NCBI GenBank assembly: GCA_964428655.1
Contig: CAYRYE010000001.1
Coordinates: 312,406 to 376,405 of the forward strand
Direction of reading: 5' to 3'
Length of the DNA: 64,000 nucleotides
From: an uncultured Gammaproteobacteria bacterium
GTDB lineage: Bacteria > Patescibacteriota > Microgenomatia > UBA12405 > JAHJSD01
Below the pieces are notes generated by a model, which saw only the letters and a list, made by a program, of their open reading frames with translations, was not told the DNA's origin and searched no databases. The stretch's first letter is position 1, and the number at the start of each line of letters is the position of its first letter. A program made the translations under genes and the position numbers. Shown here one piece after another: positions 36,577 through 44,489 of this stretch.

Positions 36577-36834
36577 TTGTTGGAAATGGCAGGGGAAGTT
36601 ATTATTGATCATATCGTTGTCGTCGAGAAGCCCGTGCCTAGACGGGACGTTCTTCCTTATCGGCTTTTACCAGGGGTATTAAGAAATAGGGTTAGAGGAA
36701 CAGTCTATCGGGAGGAGTCAAGATCACCCATATTGACGGCTCGTGGTGGGGAAATTGCTGCTAGTGTGGAAAGACATGTTTCTAGGAACTCCAGAAAAAG
36801 GGTTAAGGTAATTCCAGTACCAAGAAGGCGTTAA
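36577..36834 (+). other. GC-enriched, Arg-rich 85-codon ORF of uncertain nature (small basic protein or non-coding element)
   Basis: Composition differs from its surroundings; no motif. Confidence 0.15.
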
Positions 36835-36860
36835 TTTTCATTAGTTAATCCAAAGGGTTT

Positions 36861-37154
36861 TTGATTCTTTTAATGCTTATGGACCTGAAAAAGCTAAAAA
36901 TCATCAAATCTGACAAAAGAGGCGTTGTTTATGAGTGTGGCGAGGGCATGTATGTTTCGAGAAAAAAAGGAACAGTCACGGCAGATCATATCCATGATGA
37001 TTTTGGCGAAACGCTCTACTTAGTTAAGGGAGTAATTGAACTTACAGTTGGCAAAGAGGTCAAAAAGGTAGCGGCTCCGACAAAAATTGCGATTCCCAAG
37101 AAAATTTATCACAAAATTTTAGCTCTTTCAGATATAGAATTTTTGAAAATGTAA
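36861..37154 (+). CDS. small cupin-fold protein
   Basis: G(x)5HxH-like segment ADHIHDDFGETLYLVKG..ELTVG. Confidence 0.35.
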   Translation: MILLMLMDLKKLKIIKSDKRGVVYECGEGMYVSRKKGTVTADHIHDDFGETLYLVKGVIELTVGKEVKKVAAPTKIAIPKKIYHKILALSDIEFLKM

Positions 37155-37171
37155 GCGGTTGAGTAAAAAAC

Positions 37172-37358
37172 TCAAGGGGACGCTGCGCTCTCACTCAAAT
37201 TTTAAACCATTTTTCGTTCGCCCTCGGATAACACAGTATATGCAGTTCACTTCATTGCATTCGTTCACCCAAATTATTTACTCCCTTTATGGTTAAGTGA
37301 TAAAATATATCATAAAGCTCGTTTAATAACTTTGCATATACTGAAACGTTAGATGAAA
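37172..37358 (+). repeat. cassette-associated repeat, copy A (about 190 bp)
   Basis: Shares caaggggacgYtgcgct, cgcccTCGnAnAACACAGTATAT...GTTCnnTTCnTTGCATTCnnTCAnCCCAAATT and CATATACTGAAACGTTAnAnGAAA blocks with copy B. Confidence 0.7.
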
Positions 37359-37384
37359 CAAATTTCATCACTAAGTATAAATTC

Positions 37385-38047
37385 ATGAAAAAATTAGTTT
37401 TACATAGCGATCAAATTAGCGGAAAAACTCAAGTGGATGAGGCCTCCTTAAAATTGTTCGCTTCTAATAAGCCAAAAATTGCATACATCCCATCGCAATC
37501 TGATCTTGAAAGAAAATATTTCAATGAAAGGGTTGAATGGTATAAGCAATTTGGTGTAACTGGTTTGTTCTATTTTGATGTAGACAAGGAGTACGATGAG
37601 GGAAAAATTGATGAATTATTAGCCTGCGATGCAATTTTTCTATCTGGAGGCAATACATACTTTTTCCTTAATTCGCTGAAAAAACGTAATTTTTTGCCAG
37701 TGTTGAGGAAATATGTTGAAAAAGACGGGGTTTTAATTGGTGTTAGTGCTGGAAGCATGATAATGTCTAAAACTATAGCCGTAACTACTATTGACGAGGA
37801 TATTGGCGGTGATCAAAACACGATTGGACTTAAAGATTTTTCAGCTTTAGGATTAAATGATTTTGAATTTTTCCCTCATTTTGATAAAAACGAAGAAATA
37901 TCCAAAAGATTGAAAGAATATTCCAGGAAAAGCAAATCAGTTATTTACGCATGCAAAGATGGCGATGGGATTATCGTCAATGATGACGATATGAAATTTT
38001 TTGGCGAAGTGCTGAAAATAGAGAATGGTGAAATTAAAAGGGCATAG
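37385..38047 (+). CDS. peptidase S51 family (PepE / cyanophycinase-like) protein
   Basis: SGGNTYFFL, GVSAGSMIM and FFPHF segments match PepE GGGNTF / GWSAGA / HF. Confidence 0.6.
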   Translation: MKKLVLHSDQISGKTQVDEASLKLFASNKPKIAYIPSQSDLERKYFNERVEWYKQFGVTGLFYFDVDKEYDEGKIDELLACDAIFLSGGNTYFFLNSLKKRNFLPVLRKYVEKDGVLIGVSAGSMIMSKTIAVTTIDEDIGGDQNTIGLKDFSALGLNDFEFFPHFDKNEEISKRLKEYSRKSKSVIYACKDGDGIIVNDDDMKFFGEVLKIENGEIKRA

Positions 38048-38409
38048 TGAAGATTACAGGAGTAATAAATTGTCAAAGTAAGAACCAGTTATTTATAATT
38101 GATTTTTGGCAATTTAGTCTTTGCTGTTATGGAGCGAGAAAGAATCCTGAAGAAGATTGCAAAGCAAGAAGCGGCTATTCGGTTAGATAGCACGCGATTT
38201 GCAGGCCATATTCTAAAAAGGCATAGGGGCAAACCGGCGACAGCTTGCCATGAGTGCAACAATTTTCGCCAAGCACTGCGGGGAGGCAGGGAGCTTTTGG
38301 GTAGTTATCGAAGAGAATTACAACAACAATGAATTGCCAAAATCAAGACAGGAGTTGATTTTTGGTATTTCGCCTAACAAGGTATATCTGGTGAACTTGA
38401 CATAGTGCC

Positions 38410-38475
38410 AGGTTCAGCCCAAATCCTTTGACAAGCTCAGGACTTCAGATATACCTGAACGTTGTCCGACATATT
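38410..38475 (+). repeat. degenerate copy of the cassette repeat (part 2/3 only)
   Basis: ...gcccaaatcc...tacctgaacgttgtccgacatatttttt resembles acccaaatt...actgaaacgttagatgaaa. Confidence 0.35.
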
Positions 38476-38493
38476 TTTTAAGATTTTTTCAGG

Positions 38494-39249
38494 ATGTTTA
38501 CAATCAACAATTATCCCAAATCGTATGCCAAAACAAAACCAGGTTTTTATAGGTTGCGAGGTTGGCAAACATCGGACATTGATATTGAACAAGTAGAATC
38601 AAAATTTTGGAAATTCATTGCTTCATTCGCAGATTCAAAACAGCCAAGAAAATTTTTTAAAACCTATGAGTTTATGGATGCCGGGTGGGAATGGTCGGTT
38701 TTTCGTAAAGATAACCAAACAGTTGTCAAAATACCTGCCGGAATCTTTCTCGAAGTTAATGACAAGATATATCTTAAAAATACAGAATTTGCCTATCAAA
38801 AAATTCTTGATTATTTCCCGGCGAAATTTGTCGCCCAAACTTCCTTCGAAAGATCCGATGGATTAAACATAATGGAGCAGGACTATATTGTGGGCAAGGA
38901 CAACGAAAGTATTGGGTACAATACGAAAAATCTCGAATTATTAAAGAATATAAAAAAATTTCTTGAATCTGCGTTGCAAATGTTGAATGATTACCAATGG
39001 CTTCCTGACTTTGATATTCGTAGAGCTTCTGGAGGGTTTAGACTACGAAATGTAATTATTCAAAAAAACATTCCCAAAATTATTGATTTTACCGCCTACT
39101 ACGATGTTTATCGACTATGCCCGCAGAGAACCGTAGAGGAAGTTAAAGATAAAAGGGGGCACATTGTTGATTTTCTTAATTGGATTAACAAGAAGAAAAA
39201 AATCTCAAAAAATACGCAAGGGGACGTTGCGCTTTCGCAAAAATTGTAA
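38494..39249 (+). CDS. hypothetical protein (251 aa); its last 11 codons lie inside repeat copy B
   Basis: C-terminal QGDVALSQKL* is encoded by the part-1 block of the repeat; the same block in copy A would encode QGDAALSLKF*. Confidence 0.4.
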   Translation: MFTINNYPKSYAKTKPGFYRLRGWQTSDIDIEQVESKFWKFIASFADSKQPRKFFKTYEFMDAGWEWSVFRKDNQTVVKIPAGIFLEVNDKIYLKNTEFAYQKILDYFPAKFVAQTSFERSDGLNIMEQDYIVGKDNESIGYNTKNLELLKNIKKFLESALQMLNDYQWLPDFDIRRASGGFRLRNVIIQKNIPKIIDFTAYYDVYRLCPQRTVEEVKDKRGHIVDFLNWINKKKKISKNTQGDVALSQKL

Positions 39250-39415
39250 GAAATGATTGTACAATTTTGTGCTCACCCTCGCACAACACAGTATATAGGG
39301 TTCGGTTCGTTGCATTCCCTCAACCCAAATTGCCCATACACTATTGCGATGTTAAAATCATCTTATCGCAATTACGTTTCTCGCAACTTCCCATATACTG
39401 AAACGTTATACGAAA
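39217..39415 (+). repeat. cassette-associated repeat, copy B
   Basis: About 75% identity to copy A over about 200 bp. Confidence 0.7.
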
Positions 39416-39470
39416 TTCGCATTCTAGAATTTTTTATTGAAATTGGCTTGATTATTAATTAAACTAAATT

Positions 39471-39920
39471 ATGTCAAAAGAGACGGGAAAACCTAAAGAA
39501 GTGGGAAGATTCTTGGTCGCTGTTGGGGCAATTATTGAGCATTCCCCAACAGGTAAAATATTACTGTTGAAAAGAAGCCCCAAAAAGGACTTTTCTGGTG
39601 GTATTTGGGAATATATTACTGGCCGAATGAATCAGTTCGAAGAACCAAGGGATGCCTTGAGAAGAGAAATTAAAGAAGAGGCTGGAATTGAAGTTACAAT
39701 AATTAAGCCAACTTCAACCTACCATATTTTCAGGGGTGAAAGAACTGCAGAAAACGAACTTGTTGGTATAATGCACTGGTGCACAGTGGATTCAGACAAG
39801 ATTGTATTATCTGAAGAGCATACAGAATATAAATGGGTTTCTCCAGAAGAAGCATTGAAAATGATTCAAAAGCCCAGTATGCAAAATGATATAAAGGCAT
39901 ACATGCGTGAGAAAGAATAA
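39471..39920 (+). CDS. NUDIX hydrolase
   Basis: Nudix box GRMNQFEEPRDALRREIKEEAGI. Confidence 0.75.
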   Translation: MSKETGKPKEVGRFLVAVGAIIEHSPTGKILLLKRSPKKDFSGGIWEYITGRMNQFEEPRDALRREIKEEAGIEVTIIKPTSTYHIFRGERTAENELVGIMHWCTVDSDKIVLSEEHTEYKWVSPEEALKMIQKPSMQNDIKAYMREKE

Positions 39921-39937
39921 AAAATTAAGAATACGAA

Positions 39938-39998
39938 CTCAAGGGGGGGTATTGTACTTTCGGTTGGCTCATTTGTTACACACACTCGACCCATATTG
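39938..39998 (+). repeat. cassette-associated repeat, partial copy C (part 1 plus a truncated part 2)
   Basis: aactcaagggggggtattgtactttcgg...ttcatttgttacacacactcgacccatattgg. Confidence 0.5.
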
Positions 39999-40054
39999 GC
40001 TATTTTCTCTGCCAGCCGTGGTATAATTAGCCATGCAGGCAGTTATTAATATCA

Positions 40055-40780
40055 ATGGAGCGCTATCTCACCAAAGAGGTGATTAAGTATATGGTAGGAC
40101 AACAGGGAGGAAGTGAAAAAAGTAAAAGTGGTTATTCCTATACTACTATTTCGGGATCCTGCGTCCCCATGGCCACTTCGGCAGAGCATTTCAGATTAGA
40201 TTTGCATACTCTGTCTTTTTTACGCCCAAGGGACCGGGCCAGACATGGAGGAATGAGTCCTTCTATTACAGGTGGAAGACTTAGTAGGCCACCAAGTGGT
40301 AGATTGGCAACTCGGGGTTGATGAAGTTATTATCTTTGTGTCATTGTTATAGGAAATAAACACAGTGACTTTTTCGTTAGGTAAAATTTATTTATCCTAC
40401 CTTCTTACTTTTCGAAGACTCATTTCTGTATCACATTTTTTACATCGGGCACGGGTAACTTTGCCTGGCGTTATCACAACATCAAATCCATACCTTTCAA
40501 GCCGGCTTTTGGTAAATGTTCTCTGGGTCCATCTTGTTGTAACTGGTCCGCCAGCACCCTCACTCGCTCCAATATTAAACATCAGTTGACTTAAGGGGCA
40601 ACGTTCTCTTTCGGACCTGTTCACAGGATGTCTGGGTGGGCCAGCAGGACAACGCCTACTTCTTATTGCTGGATAAGTGGGAAGGTATTTAAATTTACTC
40701 ATAAAAACATTATAACATGGTTGGAAAGGCAAAATAAACTTCTCTGTTGACGCTCCACACTGCACTTTTCGGATCACCTA
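40055..40780. other. GC-enriched (about 48-50%) block with mutually overlapping, low-plausibility ORFs on both strands; a candidate structured RNA or a degraded horizontally acquired gene
   Basis: Sits between repeat copies C and D like a cassette; the minus-strand 126-aa ORF (Cys-containing, Arg-rich) and the plus-strand 88-aa ORF both have atypical composition. Confidence 0.3.
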
Positions 40781-40894
40781 ATATAGTATAGCTAGTTCAT
40801 TTCATTGCACTCGCTCGACCCATATTGGATAACTTTGTAGTAAAATAAAATTATAAAATGCCCACATTAGATACACACGAACGTTAGATGAAAT
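40749..40894 (+). repeat. cassette-associated repeat, copy D
   Basis: gacgctccacactgcacttttcgg...ACCTAATATAGTATAGctaGTTCAttTCATTGCAcTCGcTCgACCCAtATT...cacacGAACGTTAGATGAAA. Confidence 0.6.
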
Positions 40895-40985
40895 TTTGAA
40901 AAGCCAAAAACAAGATTGGATTAATACCCAAAGACATAATTTAGGCATTGATTAGTTGCTAATTTTGGCCTTCCAAAGCATCACG

Positions 40986-41738
40986 ATGAAATATGAAGAA
41001 AAATTTTTTGAGGCAGATGGTATAAGATTAAAATATATTACTGCAGGACAAGGCGAGCCTTTATTGTTTTTGCATGGGGGTGGCGTCAATGCCCTAACGT
41101 ATATAAAAAATTTTGAACTGCTATCTCAAAAATACTTTGTTATAGCTCCGGATATCCCTTGTTTTGGTCAATTCAGCGTTCCGAATGAATTATGGAGTTT
41201 TGATGACTTCGCAAATTTTTTTTCAAAGTTTATCGACTCATTGACTGTCAATAACATTATTCTAGTCGGTCATTCTTTTGGCGGCGGTATTGCTATTAGC
41301 TTAGCTCCGAAAAATAAAAAAATTTCTAAACTGATCTTGCTGGATTCTGCGGGGATTCCGCCTGATTATAGTTCTTTGAAAGTGATTTATTTGCTTTTCG
41401 TTAAAACATGTCATGGCTTGTTCTTATTCCAGAATAAGATTTTATCTTTAGTAATGCTTCGCGATTTTTTTAAAGAATTTTTTAGACACTTATTTTCATT
41501 ACCTCAAATTTGCAAAATTGTGAAAAATTCAGTTTTTAGAGAATACGATGTATTTAAGAAAATTAGCCAACCAACACATATTTTCTGGGGCAATACTGAT
41601 GAAGTATTTCCGAAAAAATCTGCTCAAAAAATGAATCAACTTATTAGTAATTCAAAATTAGAATATATAGAAGGAAACCATGATTGGTGTTTGCTGATGC
41701 CTCAAGAATTTTTTAAAATGATATCTAAAGTGACATAA
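40986..41738 (+). CDS. alpha/beta-fold hydrolase
   Basis: HGGG oxyanion region (LFLHGGGVN), nucleophile elbow GHSFGGG, C-terminal His region. Confidence 0.65.
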   Translation: MKYEEKFFEADGIRLKYITAGQGEPLLFLHGGGVNALTYIKNFELLSQKYFVIAPDIPCFGQFSVPNELWSFDDFANFFSKFIDSLTVNNIILVGHSFGGGIAISLAPKNKKISKLILLDSAGIPPDYSSLKVIYLLFVKTCHGLFLFQNKILSLVMLRDFFKEFFRHLFSLPQICKIVKNSVFREYDVFKKISQPTHIFWGNTDEVFPKKSAQKMNQLISNSKLEYIEGNHDWCLLMPQEFFKMISKVT

Positions 41739-42592
41739 TGTGTGCCAAACTTTTTAAAGTGAGAAATAATAATCAAAAAAGGAAGATTTTGATATTGTGG
41801 CCGCTTCTAATCTTCACAATATTAGTTGTTCTTACTGATTCGTTTATCGAGGCTTTTGGCTATAAACCTTTGCCCATAATAAGTTTTTTAAAAATTTTAA
41901 TGCCTATTGCAGTGGGCTTGTTACACATCTCAATAGTTTTTACTTCTACCAGAGGGTTGCTGTTTATTTTGCTTTCATCATTAACAGGCTTATTTTTCGA
42001 AGTTGCTGGAGTCAAATATGGAGTAGTGTTTGGCGGACATTATGAATACAATAACCAATATTTTGGACTAACTCTTTTTAATATTCCGTTGTTAGTTCCT
42101 ATCTATTGGACTGTTTTTATTTACATTGGTTATTCGCTGGTAACGTCATTTTTAGTATGGATCAACAAGAATAAACCAACTATAAGCAATGACGGGTGGG
42201 CGTTATTGCCAATATTGGTTATTTTTGACGGGCTTGTTGTTACTGCTATTGATATTTTCATGGACCCTCTAATGGTTTACCAAAAAAGATGGTTTTGGCG
42301 GGAAGGCGGGCCATTTTTTAACATCCCAATTGGCAACTTTGTTGGGTGGTTTGCCGTTACCGCTATTGCAACAGGTATGTTTAGGATTTTTGAGTACTTG
42401 TTTCCCCAGAGACCGCGCCAATTTGATAAATCAATTTATCTTGTTACCACTTTTAGTTACGCCGCTTTGTGTGTATCGCTTTTTGTTTCCGCAATCGGTA
42501 TTCGCTTGCCGCAGTTAGCTTTACTGGGTGTATTCGTAATGATGCCCACAGTAATTATAAACCTTCTTTATTTCAAAAACTGGAGGGGCTAG
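41738..42592 (+). CDS. hypothetical polytopic membrane protein
   Basis: Seven or more hydrophobic helices; start overlaps the upstream stop (ATAATG). Confidence 0.4.
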   Translation: MCAKLFKVRNNNQKRKILILWPLLIFTILVVLTDSFIEAFGYKPLPIISFLKILMPIAVGLLHISIVFTSTRGLLFILLSSLTGLFFEVAGVKYGVVFGGHYEYNNQYFGLTLFNIPLLVPIYWTVFIYIGYSLVTSFLVWINKNKPTISNDGWALLPILVIFDGLVVTAIDIFMDPLMVYQKRWFWREGGPFFNIPIGNFVGWFAVTAIATGMFRIFEYLFPQRPRQFDKSIYLVTTFSYAALCVSLFVSAIGIRLPQLALLGVFVMMPTVIINLLYFKNWRG

Positions 42593-42658
42593 ACAGAGAT
42601 AATCTGGATTGCTATATTGTAGTTAGATTAATAAATTTGCCAAGACTTTAGTTTTTCA

Positions 42659-44488
42659 ATGAGTCATAAATATAGAAAAGCTCCTCGAGGGTTAGGAGTT
42701 GCTGGTAAGGATAAGAGTGTGCTTCTTTTTCATCAGGAAACTGACCTTCGAGTCGATATTAGTTCAGACGGATTTAATTTCAGTTCTTATGGCGAAGAAC
42801 CGGTAATAAAAAGGAAAAATGGAAAAAGGGAAAACGCAAAGGACTGTTCTGATTTTAGAATTAGCAAATTAGACAAAAATTATCTTCTCGTCTATAGACT
42901 AAAGACTAAAAAAGAAACTTGCCTTTGCGGAGCCCTTTCAAAAGATTTAGTTCATTGGGAAAAAATAGGAAAGTTTTCCGAGATTAAAGAAACAGGCGTG
43001 GTGGTGCCCGACTATAAATGTGACGGAGAATTTGTGCTTTACTTTGGCAAAAAATCAATAAGGATTGCTTTTTCAAAAGATTTTAAAACATGGAGAATAT
43101 TAAAAAAGCCGCTCCTTCGCCTATCAGGTGAGTTATTAAGGGAAGATTCTTCCGCCAAAATGGGGAATGTAATCATAACCGATGAGGGGATTTTATTAAT
43201 CTACTATTTGATCAAGGGCAAAAAAAAGTCAGCCAAATATTCTATAAGGGCTGTTCTTTTTGACAAAAAAGATCCCGAAGAACCCTTGTGGTGGTCTGAT
43301 AGAATAATTTGGCAACAAGCGGAAAGTCAAGAGCCAATTAATCCCATTGGCGTTATAAAGCGAGATGACAAATTGATTTCTTATTGGCAGGCTGAAAGTG
43401 GAGCAATTTTTGCTCTTAGCCACCCCTATCTTAAATTGCTTCAGCAAGATTTAAAGCAACCCCTCCTTTCTCTTATTTTTAAGAAATTTAGAGAAAATCC
43501 GATTTTAAAGCCAGTTGCTGAAAACGCTTGGGAATCCAAACTTGTTCTTAACCCTGCCGCCATTTACGAAGAGGGCAAAGTTCACATTATCTACCGAGCA
43601 GTGGGTGATAAAAATGTGTCTGTTTTTGGCTATGCCGCTAGCAAGGATGGAATTCATATAGACGAGAGGCTTAAAAGTCCTGTTTATGTCTTCAGGGAGC
43701 CATTTGAGACCAATTCCCAGGCTCCAAACTGCCGTTCTTCTTATATATCTGGAGGAGGAAGCGGAGGCTGTGAAGATCCAAAACTAACCAGAATTGGCGA
43801 CAGGCTTTATATGACTTACGTTGCTTGGGATGGAAGTAGTCCTCCTCGAGTTGCTCTCACTTCCATAAAAATTGATGATTTTTTAAACCGGAAATGGAAC
43901 TGGGAGCGCCCAGTTTCGATATCGCCTCCGGGTGAAATGCACAAAAACTGGGCGATTTTCCCAGAAAAAATAAACGGCAAATACGCTGTTTTACATAGTC
44001 TTTCTCCAGAGATTCTGATTGACTATGTCGACAGTTTGGAATTCGATGGAAATACCCATATTAATAGCCACTATCATCCATTAGGCCGGAAAAACTGCTG
44101 GGATAATTACGTAAGGGGGGTAGGACCTCCTCCGATTAAAACAGAGGAGGGATGGCTTGTTCTTTATCACGCTATGAATAATCGAGATCTTGGAAGATAT
44201 AAATTGGGAGCAATGATTTTAGACCTTAAAACTCCCACCAAGACATTATGCCGCTCAAGAGCGCCCTTGTTAGAGCCGGATAAGCTCTACGAGAATAAGG
44301 GCTTTAAGCCTGGTGTTGTCTATGCTTGTGGTGCAGTGGTAATAGATGACCGGTTGTTTGTTTATTATGGAGGGGCGGATACTGTTGTGTGTGTAGCTCA
44401 TACCCGATTAAGTCTCCTATTAAATCAACTTAAAAACCAGGAACATATCCAGCTGGAAACAGAAGTTTCAGACTATGATTTAAACTGA
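42659..44488 (+). CDS. tandem two-domain GH130-like (beta-mannoside phosphorylase family / DUF377) protein; the N-terminal domain is divergent
   Basis: C-terminal half has FRENPILKP...NPAAIYEEGKVHIIYRAVG...GGCEDPKLTRIGDRLYMTYVAWD; the N-terminal half lacks the EDPR box. Confidence 0.6.
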   Translation: MSHKYRKAPRGLGVAGKDKSVLLFHQETDLRVDISSDGFNFSSYGEEPVIKRKNGKRENAKDCSDFRISKLDKNYLLVYRLKTKKETCLCGALSKDLVHWEKIGKFSEIKETGVVVPDYKCDGEFVLYFGKKSIRIAFSKDFKTWRILKKPLLRLSGELLREDSSAKMGNVIITDEGILLIYYLIKGKKKSAKYSIRAVLFDKKDPEEPLWWSDRIIWQQAESQEPINPIGVIKRDDKLISYWQAESGAIFALSHPYLKLLQQDLKQPLLSLIFKKFRENPILKPVAENAWESKLVLNPAAIYEEGKVHIIYRAVGDKNVSVFGYAASKDGIHIDERLKSPVYVFREPFETNSQAPNCRSSYISGGGSGGCEDPKLTRIGDRLYMTYVAWDGSSPPRVALTSIKIDDFLNRKWNWERPVSISPPGEMHKNWAIFPEKINGKYAVLHSLSPEILIDYVDSLEFDGNTHINSHYHPLGRKNCWDNYVRGVGPPPIKTEEGWLVLYHAMNNRDLGRYKLGAMILDLKTPTKTLCRSRAPLLEPDKLYENKGFKPGVVYACGAVVIDDRLFVYYGGADTVVCVAHTRLSLLLNQLKNQEHIQLETEVSDYDLN

Positions 44489-44489
44489 A

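Noticed and set aside
36577-36834. tmRNA / SRP RNA / RNase P RNA downstream of trmD
   Set aside because: The GC-enriched segment lacks a tag-peptide reading frame ending in ...LAA-stop, the GGUUCGA 3' T-arm, the RNase P P4 AGGAAAGUCCGGGCUCC motif, and the SRP GGAAGCAGCC motif.
40397-40777. Minus-strand 126-aa ORF as a transposase/HNH zinc-ribbon gene
   Set aside because: Cys spacing and the surrounding sequence do not match IS1, IS200/605, IS1595 or HNH patterns I can recall. The ORF overlaps an equally odd plus-strand ORF in a GC-rich block. Left as an anomalous region.
37155-41738. Calling the repeat-punctuated array a bona fide integron
   Set aside because: No tyrosine recombinase (IntI) or attI is present in the window. 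The repeats (about 150-200 bp) are longer than typical attC sites, and I could not demonstrate R''/L''/L'/R' symmetry by eye. Reported only as integron-like.
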